A stretch of DNA of 64,000 bases from an uncultured delta proteobacterium (GTDB lineage: Bacteria; Desulfobacterota; Binatia; UBA9968): the NCBI GenBank assembly GCA_963745035.1, contig CAVUVW010000014.1, forward strand, positions 384,001 to 448,000, written 5' to 3'. How positions within the stretch are numbered: position 1 is the first letter of the stretch; each line of letters opens with the position of its first letter. A program made the translations under genes and the position numbers. This document shows, piece after piece, positions 29,985 to 40,962 of this stretch. A model generated the notes under the pieces. That model was not told where the DNA came from. It saw only the letters and a list, made by a program, of their open reading frames with translations, and ran no database searches.

Positions 29985-32928
29985 ATGCCCAACTGGAAAG
30001 ACAAAATTCGCAACTTCTTCTCATTGCGCAAAACCGGGGCGCGCCGGCGCGAGCGGTTGGTGCGCGAGTACTTTTTGATCTCCGTGGCGCTGATCGGCGG
30101 AGGATTGATCACGAGCGGGCTGATCGAGATCTACTACCGCTACCACGAGAGCCGCGATCAGCTCGCGCGCTTGCAAAAAGAGATCGCCGCGGGCGCTGCC
30201 TACAAGATCGAGCACTTCGTTCAAGAGATTCACAACATTCTCAAAGGCGCCACGAAAAGCCGCGACATCGCGCCAAAGGGTCTCACCGCCGATTTCCGCT
30301 TCGAGCTGGAAAAGCTGTTGTTGATCGCGCCGGCGGTCACCGAAGCGGTGGCGCTCAATGAAAACGGTTTGATCCAAGTTCAAGCTTCGCGCCTGCGCAC
30401 GGTATTGCCGGACGCTAAAAAAGATCTTTCAACCTCGGCGCCGTTTCAGCGCGCGCGGCAAGGCAAGTCCTTCTACGGGCCGGTCTATTTCGTGCGCGGC
30501 TCGGAACCCTACATGACGATCGCCGTCCCCATCGAGCGTTTTGCCGGCGACGTCATCGGCGTGCTGCAGGCGGAAGTGAATCTCAAATACATCGGCGACG
30601 TGGTTTCGAGCATCAGCATCGGCAAAGCGGGCTATGCCTATGCCGTGACCCGAGGGGGCGAGCTCATCGCCCACCCCGATATCAGCTTGGTCTTGCAGCG
30701 CCGCAGCGTCAGCCCGCTTCAGGTCGTAAAAGCCGCTTTCGAAAGCGCTCCCGGTCCCAACGCCCAAAACGCCATCGTCGCGGCGAATATTCAAGGGAAA
30801 GAGGTTCTGAGCTCCTTCGCGCTCATAAAAGACCTGGACTGGGCAGTCATCGTCGACCTGCCCGTCGAAGAAGCCTACGAAGCGCTCTACGCCTCCATCA
30901 TGCGCACCTCTACTTTGTTCTTGATCGGCCTCGGCATGTCGCTGATCGCGAGTTTTTTCCTCGCGCGCCGGGTCGTGCAACCGATGCGGGTCTTGCGCGA
31001 GGGCGTGGAGCGCATCGGCACCGGCGATCTCGGCTATCGTCTCGATCTCAAGACCGGCGATGAAATCGAAGTGCTGGCGGATGAGTTCAACAAGATGACC
31101 TCGCAGCTCCAGGAGTCCTACATAAACCTGGAGCAGAAAGTCGAAGACCGCACCCGTGAGCTGACCGAGTCTCTCGAGCAACAGACGGCCACGAGCGAGA
31201 TTTTAGGCGTCATCGCCAGCTCGCCCACCGACGTGCAGCCGGTCTTGGCGGTGGTCGCCGAAAACGCGGCGCGCTTGTGCGATGCCAGCGATGCACAGAT
31301 ACGTCTGGTCGAGAATGATGGGACGAAATTGGTCGCTTCGTTCGGTTCGACTCCGGCACCTGACTTTCGTCCGACCAACCCGCGCCACCCGTCTGGCCGC
31401 GCGATATTGGAACGACGAACGGTTCATGTCGAAGACCTCGCCGAAGCGGCAAAGACCGAGTTTGCAGACAGCCAGGAATTGCAGCAGCGCACGGGCACGC
31501 GAACCTTTCTTAGCACGCCGATGCTCAGGGAAGGAAACCCAATCGGTCTAATAAACATCCGGCGTACCGAAGTTCGGCCGTTCTCGGACAAACAAATCGC
31601 GCTGCTAAAAACCTTTGCCGATCAGGCGGTTATCGCCATCGAAAATGTGCGTCTGTTCCAGGAGATCCAGGATAAGAACCGCGAGCTCACAGAGTCATTG
31701 GAGCAGCAAACTGCAACGAGCCAGGTTTTGGGCGTTATCAGCAGCTCGCCGCGAGACCTGCAACCGGTGTTCGAAAGCCATGCTCGCCAACGCGACACGA
31801 TTGGGCAGCTCCGATTACGGCGCGATTTTTAGATTTGATGGGGAGGTTTTCAGCCTGACCACGGCTCAATATGTTTCGCCGCACATGACGGTATTGGCAG
31901 ACCGAACCTTTCCGCCGGATTCGACAACCGCCGTGGGCCGCGTCGGCCTGGAAAAAAAGATCGTGCACATCCCCGATGTTAGCGCCGATCCGAATTGGAA
32001 CCCGCCGGAAGAATACCGCAAAGAAGGTATACGGACCGTTCTGGCCGTTCCCATGCTCAAGGAAAATAATCTGGTCGGCGCCATCGTGGTTTACCGCAGG
32101 GAAATTCGGCCGTTCACGGACAGCCAAATCGCGCTGCTAAAAACCTTCGCCGACCAGGCCGTGATCGCGATTGAAAACGTACGTTTGTTTCAAGAACTCG
32201 AAGACAAAAACGCGCAGCTCGAGACCGCCAATCGCCACAAATCGCAGTTTCTCGCCAACGTCAGCCATGAGCTGCGCACGCCGCTCAACTCGATCATCGG
32301 CTTTACGAGAATTGTTTTGCGCCGCACCGAGGGGAAACTCGAACCCCTGCAAAAAGAAAACTTGCAGAAAGTTTTGATCAGCTCGGACCATTTGCTGAAC
32401 TTGATCAACGAACTGCTCGATCTGGCGAAGATCGAGGCCGGGCGCATGGAGGCCTTCGCCGAGACTTTCAAACTCGACGACATCGTCCGCATGGCGACAA
32501 CCACAGTGGAACCGCTGCTTAGAAATGGCCGGGTCAAATTGCTCACCGACATCGCGCCGGACATCCCGCCGCTCAAAACCGACCGCGACAAGCTCAAACA
32601 ATCCGTGATCAATCTGCTGAGCAACGCCGTCAAGTTCACCGAAAAGGGCGAGGTCAAAGTCGCCGCCTGGCGCGACAACGGCTTCGTGAAGCTCACCGTG
32701 TCGGACACCGGCATCGGCATGAGCCAGGAAGCGCTGCAATACATCTTCGACGAGTTTCGCCAGGCCGACATGTCGAGCACGCGCAAATACGGCGGCACCG
32801 GGCTGGGTCTGGCCATCGTGAAGAAGTTCATCAATCTCATGGGCGGCGAGATCGTGGTCGAGAGCGAAGAAGGCAAAGGATCGAAGTTTACGATCACTTT
32901 GCCGATGGAACTGAAAATTCAAGCGTAA
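29985..32928 (+). CDS. Sensor histidine kinase: dCache-HAMP-GAF-GAF-HisKA-HATPase (frameshift ~31780)
   Basis: Two TMs flank a Cache region ([16 protein letters not shown]). HAMP ([14 protein letters not shown]), two GAFs ending [20 protein letters not shown]-box SHELRTPL, and N/G boxes. Confidence 0.9.
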
Positions 32929-33005
32929 GGGGTAAGACGTGAGGAGTTAGGCGCGGGATCGGGTGAATACTGGCCGCTGGTGGCTAATCACTTGAGAGAG
33001 AGCCC

Positions 33006-34029
33006 ATGAGTAATCAACACAATGATCGCTGTAGCCGCCGAGAGTTTCTAGCCAACCTTGGAATCGTGGGAAGCGCGGCGCTGCTGGGCTTCCCGTCCGT
33101 GTCAGCCGCCACTGAATCACCACCCGAAACGAAGCGGCTCAGGATCCCGCAACTTCCCAGCACATGCCGCAGCCCGGAGTGGATCGCCGAAGAGCTGCTG
33201 CGCACCGAGGGCTTCAGCGATGTCCAATACCTTCCGGTACAGGGGACCCAAGGCGTCGAGCGCGCGCTCGCCTCGGGCGAAGCGGACCTCGGCGGGCACT
33301 TCGCGGCGCCGGTTATTCTGCGGCTGCGAAGCCGGTGACCCCGTCGTCATGTTGGGCGGGGAGCATATCGGCTGCTTCGAGCTTTTGGGCAGCGAGCGCA
33401 TTCGGACGATACGCGACCTCAAAGGACGAGCGGTGGCGATTCCAGCTCTAGATCCAGCTCCCTACGCCTTCCTCGCGAGCATGGTGTCGTACGTCGGTCT
33501 AAATCCGAACAAGGACATCAACTGGGTCAAACATCGGGCCGGCGAAGCGATGCAGCTCCTCGCGGACGGCAAGATCGACGCCTATCTCGGCTTCCCCACC
33601 GAGCCGCAGGAGTTTCGCGCGAAGAAAATCGGACGGGTCGTCGTCAACAGCGCGGTGGACCGGCCCTGGTCCCAATATTTCTGCTGCATGTTGGTGGGCA
33701 ATCGGGAATTCGTTCGCAAAAACCCCGTCGCGACCAAGCGGGCGATGCGCGCGATTCTCAAATCGGCCGAGATCTGTGCCGTCGCGCCTGAGAGCGTAGC
33801 CAAATCCATCGTCGCCAAAGGCATCGCCAAAAACTATGACTACGCCCTCGAGGCGATCAAAAGTCTCCCCTACGGACGCTGGCGTGAGTACGACGCCGAA
33901 GACACCGTCAGGTTCTGGTCGCTGCGTTTGCACGAAGCCGGCATGATCAAGTCGAGCCCGCAGAAGATCATCGCGCAGGGAACCGATTGGCGGTTTTTGA
34001 AAGAGCTGAAGAAAGAGTTGAAGGCGTGA
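33006..34029 (+). CDS. Tat-exported NMT1/TauA-like SBP, copy 1 (frameshift ~33325)
   Basis: SRREFL Tat motif, DLKGRAVA and DRPWSQYFCC. Confidence 0.85.
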
Positions 34030-34098
34030 AATCGTGATCGTGTTCGTGTCTCGTGCTCGTCATGGACACGATTCACGCCCGCGCTAAAGGAGAATCAC

Positions 34099-35116
34099 TT
34101 GAGTAAACGACACAACGACCAGTGGAACCGACGAGAATTCTTAACCACCGCGGCGCTCGCCGGAACCGGAGCGGTTTTGGGATTGCGTTCTGATGCGCTC
34201 GCCGCTGAGCCACCGCCTGAGACCACGAAGATCCGGTTGATACGCAGTGCGCCGATCTGTCAAGCCCCACAGTATGCATCTGAAGACTTGCTGCGGAGCG
34301 AGGGCTTCACTGACGTGCAGGAGATTAGGGTAGGAGCAGATATTCCTGAGCGCATTCAAGCCCTGGGTTCGGGGCAAGGCGACATCTTGAGCACGTACGC
34401 CGGACCCCTCATCGAGAGCATAGACGCCGGAGGTCGAATCGTCATTATCGCGGTCTCCACGTTGGCTGCTTCGAACTCTTCGGAACCGACCGAATACGCT
34501 CGATCCGAGACCTTAAAGGGAAAACCGTCGCCTTGACATCCAGCGTCGCCCAATTCTTCCTCACCAGCGTTGTGTCGTATGTCGGCTTGAATCCCCGTAA
34601 GGACATCAAATGGGCCACCTATTCCTCAAGCGATGCGGCCAACCTTATGGCGCAGGGCAAGATCGACGCGTACATGGCCCTTCCACCGGAACCGCAGGAA
34701 CTCCGGGCAAAAAAAATTGGTCACGTGTTGGTTAACAGCGCCACAGATCGACCGTGGTCGCAGTATTTCTGCTGCATGGTCGCGGCCAATCGCGAGTTTA
34801 TCCGGAAGAACCCGGTGGCCACCAAACGAGCGCTTCGGGCGATTCTCAAGCAGCGGATATGTGCGCAGTAGAGCCGGAACGAACAGCTCGATTCCTAGTG
34901 GATAAAGGTTACACCAAGAACTACGAATACGCCCTAGGCACTCTCAAAGAAATCCCTTACGGCAAGTGGCGCGAGTACGATCCCGAGGACACGTTGCGCT
35001 TTTACGCCTTGCGCCTGCATGAAGCAGCGATGATCAAAACCAGCCCGCAGAAAATCCTTGCTCAGGGCACCGACTGGCGGTTTCTGAGAGACCTGAAGAA
35101 GGAGTTGAAAACTTAG
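34099..35116 (+). CDS. Tat-exported NMT1/TauA-like SBP, copy 2 (frameshifts)
   Basis: AAGGAG RBS, NRREFL Tat motif and DRPWSQYFCC. C-terminus matches copy 1. Confidence 0.82.
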
Positions 35117-35118
35117 CG

Positions 35119-35730
35119 ATGTCGGGTTTCGGGTCTCAGGTGTCAGCCGTGAATACAAGAATTCTTACCGGCGTAGCAATTATTTTCTCGTTTGCTGTTA
35201 CGCTCAGCGCTGCAGACGGAGAGAGTCTGCCGAAGATCAAGCCGGCGCCCGAGTTCACGCTGACGAATCAAGACGGCAAGCGGCTTGCTCTCAAGGAACT
35301 CCGCGGCAAGGTGCTCGCGATCACGTTCATCTTCGCAAGCTGCGTCGACACCTGTCCCCTGCTCACGGCAAAGATGGCCGGCATCCAGAACCGGCTTGGC
35401 AACGGACTTCGGCCGACAGGTCAATTTCGTTTCCATCACCGTGGACCCGGAGCGGGATACGCCGGACGATCCTCAAGCGCTATGCCGAAGGCACAGGCGA
35501 ATTCCGCCGGCTGGGCGTTTCTCACCGGCACATCCGCCGAGATCCGCGAGGTCGCCAAACGCTATGGCATCTATTACAAGAAGACGCCGCGCGGCGACGT
35601 GGACCATACTTTTCTCACTTCGCTCGTGGACCAAAGCGGCACCCTCCGCGTCCAGTACATGGGAGTCAAGTTCGATCCGGACGAGATGCTGCGGGATCAT
35701 TCAGCTCGTTGCACGGGAGCGGAAATAATT
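35119..35730 (+). CDS. SCO1/SenC family protein (frameshifts; 3' end approximate)
   Basis: APEFTLTNQDGK, CVDTCP (CxxxC), SITVDPERDTP in the alternate frame, and VDHT. Confidence 0.85.
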
Positions 35731-35775
35731 TTGGACCGGGAAACGGAAGAATATTCACCCGAAGAACCTCTGTCT

Positions 35776-35845
35776 CACCGCGGAGGCACGGAGAACGCGG
35801 AGAAGAGAAAATTGATAATCTCTGAGAACTCTGCGTCTCTGCAGT
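35776..35845. repeat. Intergenic imperfect palindrome (ACCGCGGAGGCACGGAG...CTCTGCGTCTCTGCAGT)
   Basis: Self-complementary arms. A related arm, CTCCGCGCACTCCGCGCCTCCGCGGT, occurs at ~30-55. Confidence 0.55.
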
Positions 35846-35854
35846 AAAATTCAT

Positions 35855-37929
35855 ATGGCTAGAGGCTCTCTACTACAGATATTGCCGCGAATCGTCGCGC
35901 GCGTGCCGGCTAAGGTCCACGCCAAGTTACTTATCGCGTTCCTCGCTATTACAGTGCTGCTAATCGCGCTCGGCGCCGTCGGTCTCCAGGCGCTGAACGA
36001 TACCAACCGGCGCGCCAAGGATCTGGTAGAGCTGCAGCGCAAAATCGCCGCTTACCGCCAACTGCAGCACGACACCACGGCGCAACTCTACAGCGTCGCC
36101 TCCGCTCTTTTGGTCCACGACGAGCGCACGTTGACGCCACGCTGCGCCAGCTCAATCAATTCGGCTACGACCTCGACCGGCTTCAGTTCGTAGCAAAGGA
36201 TGAAGTTGAGCTGCTCGCTCAGGTGCGTAAGGAGTACGATCAGTTCATCAAGGTGGTGAGCCAGTCCGTCGAGTTAATCCGCGCCGGCAAGATCGAGGCA
36301 GGAAATCAATTGCAAATCGCTCAAGCCAATCCATTGGCTGAACGGCTCGAGCGCCTGATGAACCAACTCGTCAATCGCGCCGAAGCCGACATGGTCGCCA
36401 GCATCGAAGCGAGCGACGCGGCATACATTCACTCGCGACGGATCGTGATCGGCTTTGCCGTGGGAAGCATCGCGCTGGCTCTTCTCCTCGGTTACGCCAT
36501 CTCCTGGTCCGTTGTCGGCCCCGTCGAGCTGATGGATGCGCGCTTTCGAGGAAATCGCCTCAGGTAACTTCTCCCAGCGCATCGAAGTTCCCAACCGAGA
36601 CGAGCTCGGGACCCTGGCGGACAACCTGAATCGGATGAGCGAGAAACTGGACCGCTTATATCAGCAGATTGAAACTCGCAATCGCGACCTGAGCGAATCA
36701 TTGGAGCAACAGACTGTAACCAGCGAGATCCTACAGGTTATCGCAAGCTCACCCACCGACATTCAGCCGGTCTTGGATGTGGTGGCTGCAAACGCGGCGC
36801 GTCTATGTGACTCCCAGGATGCTCAGATCTATCGTGTCGAAGGCGACCTCGTGCGGAAAGTGGCAAGCCATGGCGAGTATCCCTGTCGCCCTTGCGGTGC
36901 GGAGAGACCCGTCCGATCAGGCGCGGTTCCGCAATCGGACGGGCCATTCTCGACCGGCAGACAATCCACGTTCACGACATTACGGCCGAGCGCAAAGAAA
37001 ACTACGCGGACATTCAGCACGCCGTCGAGTTGGATATTCGAACGGAGCTCGCCACTCCGTTGCTCCGCGAGGGCATCCCGATCGGAGTCATTCTGATTCG
37101 CCGCACAGAAGTTCGTCCTTTCACACACAAACAGATCGCTCTCCTTAAGACCTTCGCCGACCAGGCAGTGATCGCCATCGAGAACGTTCGTCTGTTTCAC
37201 GAAATCGAAGAGAAGAGCAGACAGCTCGAAGCCGCCAACAGCACAAATCGGATTTTCTCGCGCGCGTCAGCCACGATCTGCGCACGCCGCTCAATGCGAT
37301 CATGGGTTTCACACGCATCGTGCTGCGCCGGCTGGGCGGCCAGATCCCTGATTTGCAGAAGGAGAATTTACAGAAAGTCCTGATCAGCGCCGAGCATCTG
37401 CTCAGCCTGATCAATACCCTGCTTGACCTCGCCAAGATCGACGCAGGCAAAATGGAAGCGGTCGCCGAGACTTTCCGCGTCGAGGACGTCATCCACATGA
37501 CGACGGCTACGGTCGAGCCGCTGCTCAAAGACGGGCGCGTGCGGATCGTCAGGGACATCCCTCCGGATCTGCCGCCGCTCAAAACCGACCGTGACAAGCT
37601 CAAACAGATTCTTTTCAATCTGTTGAGCAACGCGGCCAAGTTTACCGAGCAGGGCGAGATCAAGGTTTCCGCCGCGCGCGAAAACGGCAACCTGAAGCTG
37701 GCGGTCGCCGACAGCGGCATCGGCATGACACCGGCGGCGCTGGAGCATATATTCGAAGAATTTCAGCAAGCGGAGAAAACCACCGCCAGCAAATACGGCG
37801 GCACCGGCCTGGGATTAGCAATCGTAAAAAAATTCGTCAACTCTCATGGGCGGCGACATCGCCGTCGAGAGCGAGGAAGGCAAAGGATCGAAGTTTACGA
37901 TCACATTGCCGATGGAACTGAAACAATGA
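35855..37929 (+). CDS. Sensor histidine kinase: 4-helix-bundle sensor-HAMP-GAF-HisKA-HATPase (several frameshifts)
   Basis: TM-helical periplasmic region-TM, NRDELGTLADNLNRM, GAF, SHDLRTPL, NLLSNAAKFT and GGTGLGL. Kinase core is very similar to 29985..32928. Confidence 0.85.
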
Positions 37930-37976
37930 GAACAATTTTGGATTTTCGATTTTGGACGTTTAAGACTTTTAAAATT

Positions 37977-38009
37977 CCCTCTCCCACCGGGAGAGGGCAA
38001 GGGTGAGGG
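37977..38009. repeat. REP-like palindrome, left arm flanking DUF559
   Basis: CCCTCTCCCACCGGGAGAGGGCAAGGGTGAGGG. Confidence 0.8.
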
Positions 38010-38023
38010 CCAACCTGTACAAA

Positions 38024-38407
38024 ATGGATGCTAAGGTACCTATGCTGCGCGATCGCGCACGACAGCTACGCCGCAATCAAACCGACGTGGAAGGCAAATT
38101 GTGGTCCCGGCTGCGTGCGCGCCAACTCTCTGGTGCCAAGTTCCGCCGTCAATATCCTATCGGAGCGTTTATCGTCGACTTCTGCTGCTACGAACGACGC
38201 TTAGTGATCGAACTCGATGGCGGTCATCACGCTCAGCACATGGATGCTGATCAAAGTCGGACTGATTTCTTCGTTTCCCAAGGTTACCGAGTTCTACGCT
38301 TCTGGAACAATGAAGTCGTAGAAAACATCGACGGAGTATTGGAACAAATTGCGCACACCCTCACCCTGTCCCTCTCCCAGAGGGCGAGGGTTGGGAAAGA
38401 GAGTTAG
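38024..38407 (+). CDS. DUF559 (Vsr-like) endonuclease domain protein
   Basis: ARQLRRNQTDVEGKLW, KFRRQYPIG, IVDF, IELDGGHH and GYRVLRFWN. Confidence 0.9.
   Translation: MDAKVPMLRDRARQLRRNQTDVEGKLWSRLRARQLSGAKFRRQYPIGAFIVDFCCYERRLVIELDGGHHAQHMDADQSRTDFFVSQGYRVLRFWNNEVVENIDGVLEQIAHTLTLSLSQRARVGKES
38358..38390. repeat. REP-like palindrome, right arm (inverted copy of 37977-38009)
   Basis: CCCTCACCCTGTCCCTCTCCCAGAGGGCGAGGG. Confidence 0.8.
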
Positions 38408-38420
38408 GAGCGTAGAGAAA

Positions 38421-38786
38421 ATGGACAAAAAAACAATCCTCGTTGTCGATGACACCGACTGGAATCGCGATCTGCTCGTGCAACTGCTCGAAGAGGACTA
38501 CACGGTGCTCCAAGCCGTGGACGGCGACCAAGGCGTGAAGATGACGCAAGAGGAAAAGCCCGACCTTATCCTCATGGATCTCGGCATGCCGGTGATGGAT
38601 GGCTGGGAAGCGACGCGGCGTATCAAAGCCAACGCTGCGCTTAAACAAATTCCGATCATCGCCGTCACTTCTCACGCCATGGTGGGCGACGAAATCGAGG
38701 CGCGCAAGGCGGGCTGCGACGATTACCTGCCCAAGCCGATTGATGAAGACTTGCTGCTGCAAAAGATCAGAAAGTTCCTCGCATGA
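38421..38786 (+). CDS. Single-domain response regulator (DivK-like)
   Basis: ILVVDD, LILMDLGMPVMDG, IIAVTSHAM and DDYLPKP. Confidence 0.92.
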   Translation: MDKKTILVVDDTDWNRDLLVQLLEEDYTVLQAVDGDQGVKMTQEEKPDLILMDLGMPVMDGWEATRRIKANAALKQIPIIAVTSHAMVGDEIEARKAGCDDYLPKPIDEDLLLQKIRKFLA

Positions 38787-38862
38787 TCAGGCATGGAGTC
38801 ATTTCAGCCTGATCCCGGGCGGCAATCGAAAATCTAAAATCCAAAATCGAAAATGGTGGGCC

Positions 38863-39945
38863 ATGCCGAATAAGATTCTTATCGTCGACGACGAGCCTTT
38901 CAATCTCGACCTCTTGGAACAGGAGTTGATGGAGTTCAACTATGAGATCGAGAGAGCCAACGACGGCGTGGAAGCCCTGGAGAAAACCCGCAGCTTCAAC
39001 CCCGATGTTATCCTGCTCGATTTCATGATGCCGCGGATGAACGGTCTGGAAGTGGTCAAGCGGCTGAGGGGAGACCAAGAGCACAGAGGCATCCCGGTCA
39101 TCCTGCTGACCGCGAAAGCGACCCAGGAGGATAAAGTCGCCGGGCTCGACGCCGGCGCGGACGACTACGTCACCAAGCCCTTCGACGCCATCGAGCTGCT
39201 CGCGCGGGTACGCGCGATGATGCGCCTCAAGGAGATGCACGACACACTCCAGGAGTGGAACCGCTCCCTCGCCGATACGGTAAAAAAACAGGTGGCCGAT
39301 TTGGAGCGCATGGCCCGCCTCAAGCGCTATCTCGCGCCGCAGATCGCCGAGACGATCCTCGGCGAAGACAACGACCTGTTCAAGACCCACCGCAGAGAAA
39401 TTACCATCCTCTTTCTCGATCTGCGCGGTTTTACCGCATTCTCCGATAACGCCGAGCCGGAAGAGGTGATGGAATTCCTGCGCCATTATCACAGTGAGAT
39501 GGGCCAGTTGATCTTCAAGTACGAGGGTACCTTGGAGCGTTTTATGGGCGACGGGATTGTGGTAATTTTCAACGACCCGATTCTCTGCGAGCGCCACGCC
39601 CACAAGGCGATTGAGATGGCCATCGAGATGCGTGATCGGGTAAAAGAGTTGCGGACAACTTGGCGAAAAAAAGGGTATGATCTCGACCTGGGCGTCGGCG
39701 TTTCCTCCGGCTATGCCACTCTCGGCACGATGGGCTTTGAAGGACGCATGGACTACGGTACCGTCGGCAACCTGCCGAACCTGGCGTCGAGGCTGTGCGC
39801 CGAAGCCAAGGGCGGACAGATTTTAACCGACCAAAAAACCATGAGCCGGCTGGAGGACGCTTTCGAGGCGGAAGCGATCGAAGAACTCAATCTCAAGGGA
39901 ATCCATCGGCCGGTGGCGGCTTTCAACATTATTGGCATCAAGTGA
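38863..39945 (+). CDS. REC domain + class III nucleotidyl cyclase
   Basis: Receiver motifs, then FLDLRGFT, FMGDG and GNLPNLASRL. Confidence 0.92.
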   Translation: MPNKILIVDDEPFNLDLLEQELMEFNYEIERANDGVEALEKTRSFNPDVILLDFMMPRMNGLEVVKRLRGDQEHRGIPVILLTAKATQEDKVAGLDAGADDYVTKPFDAIELLARVRAMMRLKEMHDTLQEWNRSLADTVKKQVADLERMARLKRYLAPQIAETILGEDNDLFKTHRREITILFLDLRGFTAFSDNAEPEEVMEFLRHYHSEMGQLIFKYEGTLERFMGDGIVVIFNDPILCERHAHKAIEMAIEMRDRVKELRTTWRKKGYDLDLGVGVSSGYATLGTMGFEGRMDYGTVGNLPNLASRLCAEAKGGQILTDQKTMSRLEDAFEAEAIEELNLKGIHRPVAAFNIIGIK

Positions 39946-39952
39946 CGATTCG

Positions 39953-40888
39953 ATGAACGAACCGATTGCACGCGGCGCCAAGGGAGCCGCGCGATTCAGA
40001 ATCAAATTTTGGGGCGTGCGCGGCAGTTATCCGACGGTAGATCCGGCAACCCTTGCGGTCGGGGGCAATACTTCCTGCGTGGAAGCCGAGGTCGACGGGC
40101 GCCGCTTGATCTTCGATGCCGGCACGGGAATCATTCGGCTCGGAAAGGAACTGTGCAACGGCGCATCATCCCCTCCCGCCGCGTATGTTTTTTTGAGCCA
40201 CACTCATATCGACCATGTTTTGGGACTTTGCTTTTTCGAGCCCCTCCTGACGGCCACAGGGCGGACTTTTATTCTCGGTCCCGGCGCAACCCGTGGGGCG
40301 TTGACACGGAGCTTGCGCCACCTGACAAACAGCCATTTGTTTCCCGTTTCTCTCGACGAGCTCAAAGGAAAGAAAGAAATTTTCTCACTCTCAGGCGGTG
40401 AGGTGATTTCCTTCGGATCGTCGGGCACCCGACCTAAGATCGAGGAACCGCGAGCCGCCGAGGGCTTCGAAGCTGGGGAACTGAGAATAACGACTTTGAA
40501 GAGCGCCGCGCATCCGTTAAACGGCGTCATGCTGTACCGGGTTCATTACCAGAACAAGAGTTTCGTTTTCGCCACGGATATCGAGCAACAGGAAGGCGGC
40601 TATCCCGAAATCATCGAGTTTGCCCGTGGCGCGGACCTATTGATCCATGACGCCCAGTATCTTCAGGACGAATACTTTTCACGCACCAAACCGCGCAAGG
40701 GCTGGGGTCACAGCACCATCGACATGGCGGTCGATGTGGCGCAAAAAGCCGGTGTCAAACGCCTCGCGCTCTTCCATCACGAACCGACTCATGACGACAA
40801 AACGATGAATAGCATTCAGAAGCAGGCCAAAGCACTTTTTCGCTCGACCATCGTTGCCCATGAAGGGATGGTCATCAATCTTCTCTAG
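39953..40888 (+). CDS. MBL-fold metallo-hydrolase (RNase Z/cNMP phosphodiesterase-like)
   Basis: FWGVRGS, GGNTSC, SHTHIDH, LIHDAQY, GWGHS and FHHEP. Confidence 0.88.
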   Translation: MNEPIARGAKGAARFRIKFWGVRGSYPTVDPATLAVGGNTSCVEAEVDGRRLIFDAGTGIIRLGKELCNGASSPPAAYVFLSHTHIDHVLGLCFFEPLLTATGRTFILGPGATRGALTRSLRHLTNSHLFPVSLDELKGKKEIFSLSGGEVISFGSSGTRPKIEEPRAAEGFEAGELRITTLKSAAHPLNGVMLYRVHYQNKSFVFATDIEQQEGGYPEIIEFARGADLLIHDAQYLQDEYFSRTKPRKGWGHSTIDMAVDVAQKAGVKRLALFHHEPTHDDKTMNSIQKQAKALFRSTIVAHEGMVINLL

Positions 40889-40962
40889 TAGTGAGTAGTG
40901 CAGTTGACGTGAACAATCATCTAAACCGCAAAACTCGCCGCGAACGCGATAGTCGACCGAAC

